Below, piece after piece: positions 10,957-20,165 of a stretch of 64,000 bases of DNA (position 1 is the first letter of the stretch; each line of letters begins with the position of its first letter). A program made the translations under genes and the position numbers. Under the pieces are notes generated by a model. The model saw only the letters and a program-made list of their open reading frames with translations, was not told the origin of the DNA and ran no database searches. The stretch lies in contig JAIEQY010000227.1 in the NCBI GenBank assembly GCA_019747315.1, positions 25,953 through 89,952 on the forward strand, read 5' to 3'. This stretch comes from Roseococcus sp. (GTDB lineage: Bacteria > Pseudomonadota > Alphaproteobacteria > Acetobacterales > Acetobacteraceae).

Positions 10957-11432
10957 TGGAGATGGACGAGGCCGCGCCGCCCCGTGTCGTGATCGGCAGC
11001 TACAACATCGCGCAGATCATGCGCGCCATTCCGCACCGATACCCCTTCCTGCTGATTGACCGCGTGGTGGACCTCGTGATCGGCGAATCCGCCATCGGCG
11101 TGAAGAACGTCTCGATCAACGAGAACTTCTTCCAGGGCCATTTTCCCACCGAGCCGGTGATGCCGGGCGTGCTGCTGATCGAGAGCATGGCGCAGACCGC
11201 GGCCGTGCTGGTCGTCGCCACGCTGGGCCCCGAGGCTGAGGGCAAGCTGGTCTATTTCATGTCCATCGAGGGAGCCAAGTTCCGGCGGCCCGTGGTGCCC
11301 GGGGACCAGGTGATGGTCCATGTCACGAAAGTGCAGCGACGCATGAATGTGTGGAAATTCTCGGGTCAGGCCAAGGTGGACGGCCAGGTCGTGGCGGAAG
11401 CGACCTACGCCGCCATGATCCGGGACCGGTGA
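10956..11432 (+). CDS. fabZ: 3-hydroxyacyl-ACP dehydratase
   Basis: IPHRYPFLLIDRV, FQGHFP..PVMPGVLLIESMAQ. Confidence 0.97.
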   Translation: MEMDEAAPPRVVIGSYNIAQIMRAIPHRYPFLLIDRVVDLVIGESAIGVKNVSINENFFQGHFPTEPVMPGVLLIESMAQTAAVLVVATLGPEAEGKLVYFMSIEGAKFRRPVVPGDQVMVHVTKVQRRMNVWKFSGQAKVDGQVVAEATYAAMIRDR

Positions 11433-12283
11433 GCCCCGTGGATCGCATCTCCGGCACGGCAGATATCCATCCCTCCGCGATCATCGAGCCCGGCGCCCGC
11501 ATCGGCGCCGGCTGCCGGGTCGGGCCCTATTCCATCGTCGGCGCCTCCGTCGTGCTGGAGGAGGGCGTCGAGCTCACCTCCCATGTCGTGATCGAGGGCA
11601 TGACCACGATCGGGGCCGAGGCACGGCTTTCCCCCTTCGCCTCGGTCGGGCTGCCGCCGCAGGATCTGAAATACAAGGGCGAGCCCACCGGCGTGGTCAT
11701 CGGCGCCCGCACCCAGTTGCGTGAGCATGTGACGGTGCATCGCGGCAGCGTGGGCGGCGAGGGGATCACGCGAATCGGCGCCGATTGCCTCCTGATGGCG
11801 TGCAGCCATGTCGGCCATGACAGCCGGCTCGGGGACCGCGTGATCCTCGCCAACAACGTCATGCTCGGCGGCCATGTGCAGCTGGGCGAGCAATGCTTCC
11901 TGGGCGGCGGTGCCGCCATCCACCAGATGGTGCGCGTGGGCCGCCACTCCATGGTCGGCGGGCTGGCGGGCGTCACCAATGACATTCCGCCCTTCGGCAA
12001 TGTCTTCGGCCTGCCGGCGCGGCTGGTGGGCCTCAACGTGGTCGGCCTGCGCCGCCGCGGCTTCTCGCGCGAGAACCTGCATGCGCTGCGTGCGGCCTTC
12101 AGGCTGCTCTTCCGCGACCCCGGCACCTTCGCCGCCCGCATGGACGCGGCCGAGCAGCGCTTCGCGGGCGATGCCCTGGTGGGCGAGGTCCTGGCCTTCC
12201 TGCGCGCCGCCGACCGCAAGCGCGAATTGATCCGGCCCGGCCGCATGGCCGCCGAACTGGGCGGTGACGAGGAAGAGGCTTGA
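11429..12283 (+). CDS. lpxA: UDP-N-acetylglucosamine O-acyltransferase
   Basis: PPQDLKYKGE, HVGHD, LANNVMLGGHV, GLNVVGLRRRGF; GTG start overlaps fabZ stop. Confidence 0.96.
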   Translation: MSPVDRISGTADIHPSAIIEPGARIGAGCRVGPYSIVGASVVLEEGVELTSHVVIEGMTTIGAEARLSPFASVGLPPQDLKYKGEPTGVVIGARTQLREHVTVHRGSVGGEGITRIGADCLLMACSHVGHDSRLGDRVILANNVMLGGHVQLGEQCFLGGGAAIHQMVRVGRHSMVGGLAGVTNDIPPFGNVFGLPARLVGLNVVGLRRRGFSRENLHALRAAFRLLFRDPGTFAARMDAAEQRFAGDALVGEVLAFLRAADRKRELIRPGRMAAELGGDEEEA

Positions 12284-13113
12284 AGCTCGGGCTGCTGGCC
12301 GGCGGCGGCCCTTTCCCGGCCCGCGTGGCCGAGGCCGCCCGCGCCCGCGGCCATGAGGTCTTCGTCGTCCTCCTGCGTGACTTCCATGACGACCCGGCCC
12401 TGCGCGCCTATCCCCACATGGAGGAGCGCGTCGGGGCGGGCGGCACCATCATCCAGCGGCTGCGCGCCGAGGGCATCACGCATCTCGTCCTCTGCGGCAA
12501 GGCGAAGCGCCTTTCGCCCCTGACGCTCTGGCCCGATGCGTGGATGGCGAAGGTCATCGCGCGGCTGGGCAAGGCGGTCTTCGCGGGCGACGACACGCTG
12601 CTGCGCAACTTCATCGGCATCTTGGGCGAGGAGGGATTCGAGGTGATCGCGCCCCAATCCCTGCTGCCCTCCAGCACCGCCGAGGCCGGGCTGCTGGTAG
12701 GCGAGGCGCCCGATGAGATGGCGCGGGCGGACATCATCCGCGGCATCGGCGTGCTGCGCGCGCTGGCCGATCACGACGTAGGCCAATCCGTGGTGGTGCA
12801 GCAGGGGCTGATCCTGGGCATTGAGGCGGTGGAGGGCACGGATGCGCTGCTGGCCCGTGCCGCCGGCCTTCGGCGGGACGGACCCGGCGGCGTGCTGGTG
12901 AAGCTCGCCAAGCCCGGGCAGGAATTGCGGGTGGATGCGCCGGTGGTGGGCTCCATCACCGTGCGGCATGCGGCGGAAGCCGGGCTGCGCGGCATCGCCA
13001 TCGAGGCGGGGCGCACCATATTGGCGGATGGCGAGGGGCTGCTCGCCGCCGCCCGGCAGCGCGGGCTGTTCGTGCTGGCCATGCAGCCCGAGGATTATGC
13101 ACGCTCGGCCTGA
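12280..13113 (+). CDS. lpxI: UDP-2,3-diacylglucosamine hydrolase LpxI
   Basis: [33 protein letters not shown]. Confidence 0.92.
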   Translation: MKLGLLAGGGPFPARVAEAARARGHEVFVVLLRDFHDDPALRAYPHMEERVGAGGTIIQRLRAEGITHLVLCGKAKRLSPLTLWPDAWMAKVIARLGKAVFAGDDTLLRNFIGILGEEGFEVIAPQSLLPSSTAEAGLLVGEAPDEMARADIIRGIGVLRALADHDVGQSVVVQQGLILGIEAVEGTDALLARAAGLRRDGPGGVLVKLAKPGQELRVDAPVVGSITVRHAAEAGLRGIAIEAGRTILADGEGLLAAARQRGLFVLAMQPEDYARSA

Positions 13114-13145
13114 GCGTGCCGTGCGACACATCCAGGAGAGAAACG

Positions 13146-13541
13146 ATGGACCATCCCTTCCGCTACCTGCACACCATGCTGCGCGTCGGCGACCTTGACC
13201 GCAGCATTGCCTTCTACACGACGCATCTCGGCATGCGGGAACTGCGCCGGAATGACGTGCCGGATGGCAAGTACACGCTGGTCTTCCTGGGCTATGGCGA
13301 TGAGACGAGCGAGACGGTGCTGGAGCTGACCTATAATTACGGCGTCACCTCCTACGAGATGGGCGGCGCCTTCGGGCACCTCGCGGTCGGCGTGCCGGAT
13401 ATCTATGGGGTGTGCGAGCGGATGCGCGCCGCCGGCGTGAAGATCTCGCGCGAGCCTGGGCCGGTGAAGTTCGGGACAACGTTGATTGCGTTCATCGAGG
13501 ACCCGGATGGGTATAAGATCGAGCTGATCCAGCGGAAGTAA
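13146..13541 (+). CDS. gloA: Lactoylglutathione lyase (glyoxalase I)
   Basis: [34 protein letters not shown]; AGGAG RBS. Confidence 0.96.
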   Translation: MDHPFRYLHTMLRVGDLDRSIAFYTTHLGMRELRRNDVPDGKYTLVFLGYGDETSETVLELTYNYGVTSYEMGGAFGHLAVGVPDIYGVCERMRAAGVKISREPGPVKFGTTLIAFIEDPDGYKIELIQRK

Positions 13542-13548
13542 AGAACAG

Positions 13549-13634
13549 GGCCTCCGGCGGCTGGGGCCTCAGGCCCCAGACCCCATTCCTTAAGTATTGG
13601 GGTCTGGGGCCGGTGGCCCCAGCCGCCGGAGGCC
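13549..13634. repeat. REP/MITE-like nested palindrome, copy 1
   Basis: 20-bp terminal inverted repeat GGCCTCCGGCGGCTGGGGCC plus inner GGCCCCAGACCCCA/TGGGGTCTGGGGCC; between convergent genes. Confidence 0.8.
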
Positions 13635-13641
13635 TTTTGAC

Positions 13642-14343
13642 TTAAAGATACTTGACCAGAAACTCCGCCGTCCGCCCGTTCGCAATCGTGGCCGCCCGCG
13701 CATCCCAGGCATGGCCGCCCATGCGGGCGAAGGCGTGGTCCACGCCCGGATAGACATGGCAGGTCACCTTCGGGTGGCCGGCCAGGCCTTCCGTGATGGC
13801 CTTCTGCGCGGCCGGCGGCACGAACTTGTCCAGCTCCGCGATATGCATCAGCAGCGGGCCGCGCATCCCGGGAGCGTCGTCCAGCATGCCCTCTATGCCG
13901 ACGCCGTAGTAGCTGACATTGCAATCGGCATCGGTATGCGCCGCCGTCTTGAAGGCCATGCGGCCGCCCAGGCAGAAGCCCATGGTGCCGACCTTGCCGT
14001 TGGCGCCCGGCAGCTTGCGCGCCGCGGCGATGGTCGCGGCGAGGTCTTCCAGGCCCTTCGCTTGGTCGAAGCCGTTGAGCAGCGCGAAGGCGCGGTCCCA
14101 TTGCGCCTGGCCGGCATCGGGATCGAGCTGCACGCCCGGCTCCTGGCGCCAGAAGAGGTCGGGGGCGATGGCGATGAAGCCCATATCGGCCACCCAGGCG
14201 GAGAGCGCCTGCATGGCGGCGTTCACGCCAAAAATCTCCTGAATCATGACGACAACACCCGTGGGCGCCTGTGTCTTCGGCGCCACAACGAGGGCATCAA
14301 ATGAACCGCTGCCGTCGGTTGCGGCGATCTTGATGGTGGGCAT
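13642..14343 (-). CDS. Dienelactone hydrolase family protein
   Basis: QEIFGVN, APDLFWR, GFCLGG nucleophile, YPGVDHAF. Confidence 0.93.
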   Translation of the reverse strand: MPTIKIAATDGSGSFDALVVAPKTQAPTGVVVMIQEIFGVNAAMQALSAWVADMGFIAIAPDLFWRQEPGVQLDPDAGQAQWDRAFALLNGFDQAKGLEDLAATIAAARKLPGANGKVGTMGFCLGGRMAFKTAAHTDADCNVSYYGVGIEGMLDDAPGMRGPLLMHIAELDKFVPPAAQKAITEGLAGHPKVTCHVYPGVDHAFARMGGHAWDARAATIANGRTAEFLVKYL

Positions 14344-14389
14344 GGCGTCATCTCCCTTGGCGTGATCCTCAATGACCGCCATGTAACCG

Positions 14390-15076
14390 ATGATGGACCG
14401 CCGCGCCATGCTCGCCACCGTAACCCTGGGCCTTGCGGCGGGTGGACAGGCGCGCGCGGCAACCGAGGCCGGCCTGGCCGCCGCCGGCTGGACCCATGGC
14501 GAATATGACGGCATCCGCCCCGCCAGCTTCCGCAGCCTGCCCGATGGCGTGGCGCTGGAAGGGCAGGGGGCGGGCAGCTTCGTCTGGCGGCGCGTCGAGG
14601 GCGCGGCGGCCTGCCTTTCCTGGCGCTGGCGCGTGGACGCGGCGCCTCCGCCCACCGACCTCACCAAGCGCGGCGGCGATGACAGGGCGGTGGCCGTGGC
14701 GGTTGGTTTTCAGGGATGGCCCAGCCGCTCCACCGTGTGGCAGCGCATGCAGCATGGCGTGGCGCAGGCGCGGGCGGGCAGCCACAGCCTGCCGCGCAGC
14801 GTGCTGATCTATGTCTGGGGCGGCACGGGGCAGGAGCCGCAGAGCTTCTACAGCCCCTGGCTCAGCGGCCTTGGCAAGGTGCGCATCATGCGCCCGGCCA
14901 GCGCGCCCACCGGCCGGTGGTTCGAGGAGCGGGTGGATTTGGCTGGCGACTGGCGCGCCGCGTTCGGTGGAGACCCGCCGTCCTTGCAGGAAATTGCCAT
15001 CGGCACGGATGCCGACGATACACACGCCCGGATTTCGGCCATGGTGGAACGAATCCGCTTCGCCCGCTGCGCCTAG
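14390..15076 (+). CDS. DUF3047-like exported protein (Tat signal)
   Basis: MDRRAML signal; LSWRWRVD, K.GDDRA, YVW, W.EERVDL..D, TDADDT. Confidence 0.75.
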   Translation: MMDRRAMLATVTLGLAAGGQARAATEAGLAAAGWTHGEYDGIRPASFRSLPDGVALEGQGAGSFVWRRVEGAAACLSWRWRVDAAPPPTDLTKRGGDDRAVAVAVGFQGWPSRSTVWQRMQHGVAQARAGSHSLPRSVLIYVWGGTGQEPQSFYSPWLSGLGKVRIMRPASAPTGRWFEERVDLAGDWRAAFGGDPPSLQEIAIGTDADDTHARISAMVERIRFARCA

Positions 15077-15084
15077 GAGAGACG

Positions 15085-15582
15085 ATGCCCATCGAACGCA
15101 AGGAATTCCGGGACGCCATGGCGCGCCTGCCGGCAGCCGTGAACATCGTGACCACCGATGGCCCCGCGGGCCTGGGCGGCTTCACCGCCAGCGCCGTGTG
15201 CAGCGTCACCGACAGCCCGCCCACGCTGCTGGTCTGCATGAATCGCAGCGTCTCCTCCTGCGAGGCCTTCCGGCAGAATGGCGTGCTGGCGGTGAACACG
15301 CTCTGCGGCACGCAGCAGGATCTCTCGACCATCTTTGCGGGATTCACCGGCGTGGATGGGCCGGCGCGCTTCGAATCCGGCGTCTGGCGCAAGCTGCATA
15401 CCGGTGCCCCGGTGCTGGAAGGCGCGCTGGTCGCCTTTGATGCGCGCATCACCGATGTGGTCGAGAAGGGCACGCATCTGGTGATGTTCGCCGAGGTCGA
15501 GGCAATCCGCACCGCGGACGGGATCGAGGCGGCCCTGTTGTATTTCGCGCGGGATTACCACCTGGTCGGCAAGGCAGCCTGA
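15085..15582 (+). CDS. Flavin reductase (RutF/HpaC family)
   Basis: FRDAMARL.AAVNIVTTDG, TASAVCSVTDSPPTLLVC, GTH, LLYF.R.Y. Confidence 0.92.
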   Translation: MPIERKEFRDAMARLPAAVNIVTTDGPAGLGGFTASAVCSVTDSPPTLLVCMNRSVSSCEAFRQNGVLAVNTLCGTQQDLSTIFAGFTGVDGPARFESGVWRKLHTGAPVLEGALVAFDARITDVVEKGTHLVMFAEVEAIRTADGIEAALLYFARDYHLVGKAA

Positions 15583-15796
15583 GCGCTGGATCCAGCGCTC
15601 CCTTGACCTTTGCGCGGGTTTCCTGGGCTGGTGGAGGGGTGATCCGCTGGATGCCGGCCACAAGCTCGACTGGAACCACGTTGGCCGTGCCGTGCCGGCC
15701 CAAGCTGCTCCAGGATTCGCCCTGATCGCGCAGGGGCCTCCCCAGGCCTTCGCCGATCATGCGAGACTGATGGAAATCTTCTGAGGAAACATCCAC

Positions 15797-16465
15797 ATGC
15801 TCACCATCTATGGCGTCTATCGTTCACGCGCCACACGCAACATCTGGCTGGCGCTGGAGGCGGGGATTCCTTTCCGCCATGTGCCGGTGACCCAGGCCTA
15901 CAACCTGCCCGATCCGCTGGCGCCCGGCGCGCAGATCAACACGCGCTCGCCCGAATTCCTCAAGGTGAACCCCAATGGCCGCATTCCGGCCATGGAGGAT
16001 GCCACGGAGGATGGTGTCCTGGTGCTGGTCGAATCGCTCGCCATCAACCTCTACATGGCGAAGAAGCATGGCGGCCCGCTGGCGCCCGCGAACCTGCGCG
16101 AGGATGCGGAGATGACCGCCTGGTCCCTCTGGGCGATGACCGAGGCCGAGCCGCACACCATCCAGATCCTCTACAACATGCTGGCCAAGCCCGAGGCCGA
16201 GCGCGACGCGGCGCTGGCCCAGGCCTCCATCGAGGCGCTGCGCGCGCCCTTCGCCGTGCTGGATGCGGCACTGGCCAAGACCGGCTTCGTGGTGGGCGGG
16301 CGCTTCACCGTGGCCGACATCAACCTGGCCGAAGTGATCCGCTACGCCGCGCCGGCGAAGGAATTGTTCGACGCGGCGCCACATGTGAAGGCCTGGCTCA
16401 CCGCCTGCCATGCGCGGCCGGCCTTCCAGCAGATGATGGCGGACCGGGCCAAGGAACCCGCGTAA
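15797..16465 (+). CDS. Glutathione S-transferase family protein
   Basis: SRA, VNPNGRIP, ESLAINLY, FTVADI. Confidence 0.93.
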   Translation: MLTIYGVYRSRATRNIWLALEAGIPFRHVPVTQAYNLPDPLAPGAQINTRSPEFLKVNPNGRIPAMEDATEDGVLVLVESLAINLYMAKKHGGPLAPANLREDAEMTAWSLWAMTEAEPHTIQILYNMLAKPEAERDAALAQASIEALRAPFAVLDAALAKTGFVVGGRFTVADINLAEVIRYAAPAKELFDAAPHVKAWLTACHARPAFQQMMADRAKEPA

Positions 16466-16486
16466 GCGCACACCGACCTGCCGCGC

Positions 16487-17206
16487 TCAGCGCGGCAGGT
16501 CGCGGAAGGGGCAGACATCGGCCTCGAAGGGCACGCGCCGGCGCCGGAAGGACGGCCCTTCCAGGATGGTCGGTCGGCTGATCCGGTCCATCCGGAAATG
16601 GCGAAAATCCTCCCGCGCCGGATCCCAGGCGACGAGATACCAAAGGGGCGGTAGCAGAAGCATCGCCTGGGGCTCGACTTCGCGCCCGGTGACTTCCCCC
16701 TTGGCGTCCCGGTAGCGGAAGCGCAGGCGGAGCCGCCGGAGAAATGCCGTCTCGAAGGCCGGCAGCAGTGCCGCATCCATCGACCCCAACGTCGAGACAT
16801 CTTGTTGCGGCGAAAGCCGCCCGACATGCAGGCAATCGAGAAAGCGCCGCAGGTCCCGCACCTTGTCCGGGGGCAGGGCCCGCTCGATCTTGGCGAGCCC
16901 GGCATCGGCCAGGCCCGAGAAGGGCAAGGCGCCACTGGCGCGCATGGCGGCGACGCTGATGAGGAGGGCGAAGACCTCGGGCACGGAAAGCCGCGGGTTA
17001 GTCTGCACCGATTGCGGGTCCAGTTGCAGCCCGCCGCCCCGCCCCGGCTCGGAATGGATGATGAAGCCCTGGTCCCGCAGCGCGCCGATATCGCGCAGGA
17101 TGGTGCGGCGGGAGGCGCCGACCTCGCCCGCCAGCTCCTGAACGGTCGCGCTGCCCTGGCGGCGGAGCAGGCGCACGATGGCGTCATGTCGGAGACGGGG
17201 GACCAT
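16487..17206 (-). CDS. HTH-WYL (YafY-like) transcriptional regulator
   Basis: N-terminal wHTH (SRRTILRDI), WYLVAWD, RHFRMDRI. Confidence 0.92.
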   Translation of the reverse strand: MVPRLRHDAIVRLLRRQGSATVQELAGEVGASRRTILRDIGALRDQGFIIHSEPGRGGGLQLDPQSVQTNPRLSVPEVFALLISVAAMRASGALPFSGLADAGLAKIERALPPDKVRDLRRFLDCLHVGRLSPQQDVSTLGSMDAALLPAFETAFLRRLRLRFRYRDAKGEVTGREVEPQAMLLLPPLWYLVAWDPAREDFRHFRMDRISRPTILEGPSFRRRRVPFEADVCPFRDLPR

Positions 17207-17223
17207 GTGCGGAGGCTATCACG

Positions 17224-17248
17224 AATGGTGCCAGCTTCTGGCACCATT
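17224..17248. promoter_or_regulatory. Palindromic operator between WYL regulator and RidA-family gene
   Basis: Perfect 11-bp inverted repeat AATGGTGCCAG-CTT-CTGGCACCATT. Confidence 0.7.
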
Positions 17249-17291
17249 GGGCCGCATCCGGGGCATGTCCAACCCAACTCGGAGATTGCGC

Positions 17292-17705
17292 ATGACACCC
17301 CGCGATACCACGCCCCGCATCGTCAACCCGGCCGGGCTGCATGACCCCACCCCGCATGGCTACAGCACGGCCCTGGTCACCCCGGCCACCGGCCGCCTCG
17401 CCTTCATCTCGGGCCAGGGCGGTTCGGATGCGCAGGGCGTCTTCCCACCCGATTTCGCCCGCCAGGTGGACCTCGCCTATGGCAATCTCCTGGCCGTCCT
17501 GGCGGCGTTGGGCGCAACGCCCCGCCAGGTGGTCAAGCTCACGCTCTTTGTGGTGGAGCATGACATGGCGAAGCTTGGCCCGCTGACCCAGGCCGTGCAG
17601 CGCATCTTCGGCGAGGCGCTGCCGGCGCAGACGCTGGTGCCCGTCCCCAGGCTGGCGCTCGACCCCATGCTCTTCGAGGTCGAGGCCATCGTCTGGCTCG
17701 ACTGA
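17292..17705 (+). CDS. RidA/YjgF family protein
   Basis: GYS, FISGQ, VVKLT, TLVPV.RLA...MLFEVEA; GGAGA RBS. Confidence 0.88.
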   Translation: MTPRDTTPRIVNPAGLHDPTPHGYSTALVTPATGRLAFISGQGGSDAQGVFPPDFARQVDLAYGNLLAVLAALGATPRQVVKLTLFVVEHDMAKLGPLTQAVQRIFGEALPAQTLVPVPRLALDPMLFEVEAIVWLD

Positions 17706-17846
17706 GGCCAGGGCCGCCCGCCGCGCAGTGCCGCCTTCCGCGCGCGGCGGGCGTTTTACACGCAAGCCGTTCCCGTGCAGATTCCACGCCCAACGCAAAG
17801 GCCATCGGAGCACCGATGGCGAGATCTGGGAGGCGTGGAGACCCGC

Positions 17847-19541
17847 ATGTGGGACACCATCATCGTCGGCGGCGGTTCCGCCGGTTCCGTCCTGGCGCAT
17901 CGCCTTTCGGCGCAGAGCCACCGCCGCGTCCTGGTCTGCGAGGCCGGCCCCGACACGCCCCCGGGCGAGGAACCCGCCGAGATCAAGGACAGCTACCCCG
18001 GCACGGCCTATTTCGACCCGCGCTTCCACTGGACCGAGCTGAAGGTCCACACCCAAGTCATCCCGCACAACCGCCCGGAGGAACGCCCGCCGCTGCGCAA
18101 ATATGAGCAGGCGCGGGTGCTGGGCGGCGGTTCCTCCATCAACGGCCAGCTCGCCAATCGCGGCGCGCCGACCGATTACGACGAGTGGGAGCAGCGGGGT
18201 GCCGCCGGCTGGAACTGGGACGCCGTGCTGCCCTTCTTCAAGAAGGTGGAGCGCGACCTCGATTTCGATGGCCCCTTCCATGGCAAGGAAGGTCGCATCC
18301 CCGTCCGCCGCATCCCGCCTTCGGATTGGAACAACCACGCCAAGGCCGCGGCCGAATCCTTCAAGGCGGCGGGCTTCAAGTTCCTGCCCGACCAGAACGG
18401 CTTCTTCGAGGACGGCTATTTCCCGATGACCATCTCCAACGAGGGCGAGCAGCGCGCCTCGGCGGCGATGGGCTATCTGGACCGCGCCACCCGCGCGCGG
18501 GAAAACCTGACCATCTCGACCGAGACCCAGGTGAAGTCCCTGATCTTCGAGGGCAACCGCTGCGTCGGCGTCGTCGCGCTGGTCAAAGGCCAGGAGCAGG
18601 AATTCCGCGGGCGCGAGATCATCCTCTCCTGCGGCGCCATCCATTCCCCGGCCCATCTGATGCGCGCCGGCATCGGCCCCGCCGCCCATCTGCGCGAGAT
18701 GGGGATCGAGGTGCTGCAGAACCTGCCTGGCGTGGGCCAGGGGCTGATGGACCACCCCTCCGTCTCGCTCTCCTCCTACCTCCGGCGTGGCGCCCGCGTG
18801 GACGAGCGCACGCGGCGGCACATCCTGGTCGGGCTGCGCTATTCCTCGGGCCTGGAGGGCATCCCGCCCGGCGACATGTTCGCCGCCGCCGTCAGCAAAT
18901 CGGCCTGGCATGCGGTGGGAAAGCAGGTGGCCTCCCTGCTGCTCTGGGTGAACAAGACCTATTCCGAGGCCGGCCAGGTGCGCCTCGCCTCGCGCGACTG
19001 GCAGGCCGAGCCAGTGGTGGAGTTCAACCTCCTCTCCGACACGCGGGACCTGGAACGCCTGATGACCGGCTTCCGCATGATGGCCGCGATCCAGATGAGC
19101 GGCGAACTCGGCCAGGTGACGACGGACCACTTTCCCGCCAGCTACACCGACCGCGTCCGCAAGCTTGGCGTCATCAATGCCAAGAACCGCTTCCTGACCA
19201 ATGTGATCAGTGCGGTGATGGACGGGCCGGGCTTCATCCGCTCGCGCTTCATCGATCGCTTCGTGGTCGAGGGCTACCGCTTCGACGAGGTGATGACGGA
19301 TGACGCGGCGCTGGAAGGCTTCATCCGCAAGGCGACCATCGGCGTCTGGCACGCCTCCTGCTCCTGCCGGATGGGCGCGGAGGATGATCCGCGCGCGGTG
19401 GTGGACCCTGAGGGGCGGGTGAAGGGCATTGAGGGGCTGCGGGTGGTGGATGCCTCCATCTTCCCGGTGGTGCCCTGTGCCAACACGAACTTCCCGACGC
19501 TGATGACGGCGGAGAAGATCGCGGCGGGGATGGTGGGCTAG
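17847..19541 (+). CDS. GMC family FAD oxidoreductase
   Basis: IVGGGSAG, LGGGSSING, LPGVGQGLMDHP, VVDASIFP....NTN. Confidence 0.95.
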   Translation: MWDTIIVGGGSAGSVLAHRLSAQSHRRVLVCEAGPDTPPGEEPAEIKDSYPGTAYFDPRFHWTELKVHTQVIPHNRPEERPPLRKYEQARVLGGGSSINGQLANRGAPTDYDEWEQRGAAGWNWDAVLPFFKKVERDLDFDGPFHGKEGRIPVRRIPPSDWNNHAKAAAESFKAAGFKFLPDQNGFFEDGYFPMTISNEGEQRASAAMGYLDRATRARENLTISTETQVKSLIFEGNRCVGVVALVKGQEQEFRGREIILSCGAIHSPAHLMRAGIGPAAHLREMGIEVLQNLPGVGQGLMDHPSVSLSSYLRRGARVDERTRRHILVGLRYSSGLEGIPPGDMFAAAVSKSAWHAVGKQVASLLLWVNKTYSEAGQVRLASRDWQAEPVVEFNLLSDTRDLERLMTGFRMMAAIQMSGELGQVTTDHFPASYTDRVRKLGVINAKNRFLTNVISAVMDGPGFIRSRFIDRFVVEGYRFDEVMTDDAALEGFIRKATIGVWHASCSCRMGAEDDPRAVVDPEGRVKGIEGLRVVDASIFPVVPCANTNFPTLMTAEKIAAGMVG

Positions 19542-19647
19542 CGCCGCGTCCCCGGCCGCCCGGCGCAATCCGGGCGGGCCGGCCCCTGCGCTGCTCCGCC
19601 CGATGTTCCGCGGCGCCTCTCCAGGCTGCAATCCACGCCGCAGCCTG

Positions 19648-19672
19648 GAAACCATCCGCGCTGGCCTGCGTT
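19648..19672 (+). promoter_or_regulatory. Possible EcfG (general stress sigma) promoter
   Basis: GAAAC-N16-CGTT, one mismatch to GGAAC-N16/17-CGTT. Confidence 0.45.
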
Positions 19673-19718
19673 GATGCCCGGAGTGCGCCCAATGCGCCTC
19701 GCAGCGGCAGGAGGTCCC

Positions 19719-20165
19719 ATGTCAGCGACGACCGGAGTGAGAGGAGGCGCGCCTCTCCATCCCCTTCACGCCATCCTTCTGGGCTGTCCCGTTCCGCTCT
19801 TCCTGGGCGCCCTGCTGAGCGACTGGGCCTATGGGCAGACCTACCAGATCCAATGGGCGAATTTCTCGTCATGGCTGATCGCGGGTGGCCTCCTGGCCAG
19901 CGTGCCGGCGGTGCTCTGGGCGCTGGTCCGGCTGTTCCGCGCGCCCGCGGCCGAACGTGGCCGCCGTGGCCTGCATGTGCTGGCCCTGCTCCTCATGAGT
20001 GTGGTCGGCATCATCAACGCCTTCATCCACGCCAAGGACGCCTGGGCCACCATGCCGGAGGGCCTGTATCTCTCGGCGGTGATGGTCCTGCTCGCCGTCA
20101 TTGCGGCGTGGTTGGGCTACGCGCCGCGCGCAACCGCCGCTTCTCGAGGAGCCATCGCCCGATGA
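19719..20165 (+). CDS. DUF2231-type membrane protein
   Basis: HPLHAIL..P..LF, W..FSSWLIAGG, N.F.HA.DAW; GGAGG RBS. Confidence 0.75.
   Translation: MSATTGVRGGAPLHPLHAILLGCPVPLFLGALLSDWAYGQTYQIQWANFSSWLIAGGLLASVPAVLWALVRLFRAPAAERGRRGLHVLALLLMSVVGIINAFIHAKDAWATMPEGLYLSAVMVLLAVIAAWLGYAPRATAASRGAIAR

Noticed and set aside
1188-13131. Very long minus-strand ORFs (e.g. 3977-6685, 6490-9096, 11527-13131)
   Set aside because: Antisense shadows of well-identified high-GC genes; no motifs or RBS.
15583-15796. Intergenic segment with GGAG...CTCCA ends and direct repeat TGCCGGCC(A)CAAGCT; considered as tRNA or riboswitch
   Set aside because: No T-arm or anticodon arm, no riboswitch consensus I recognise, and TTGACC lacks a matching -10; may be a gene remnant.
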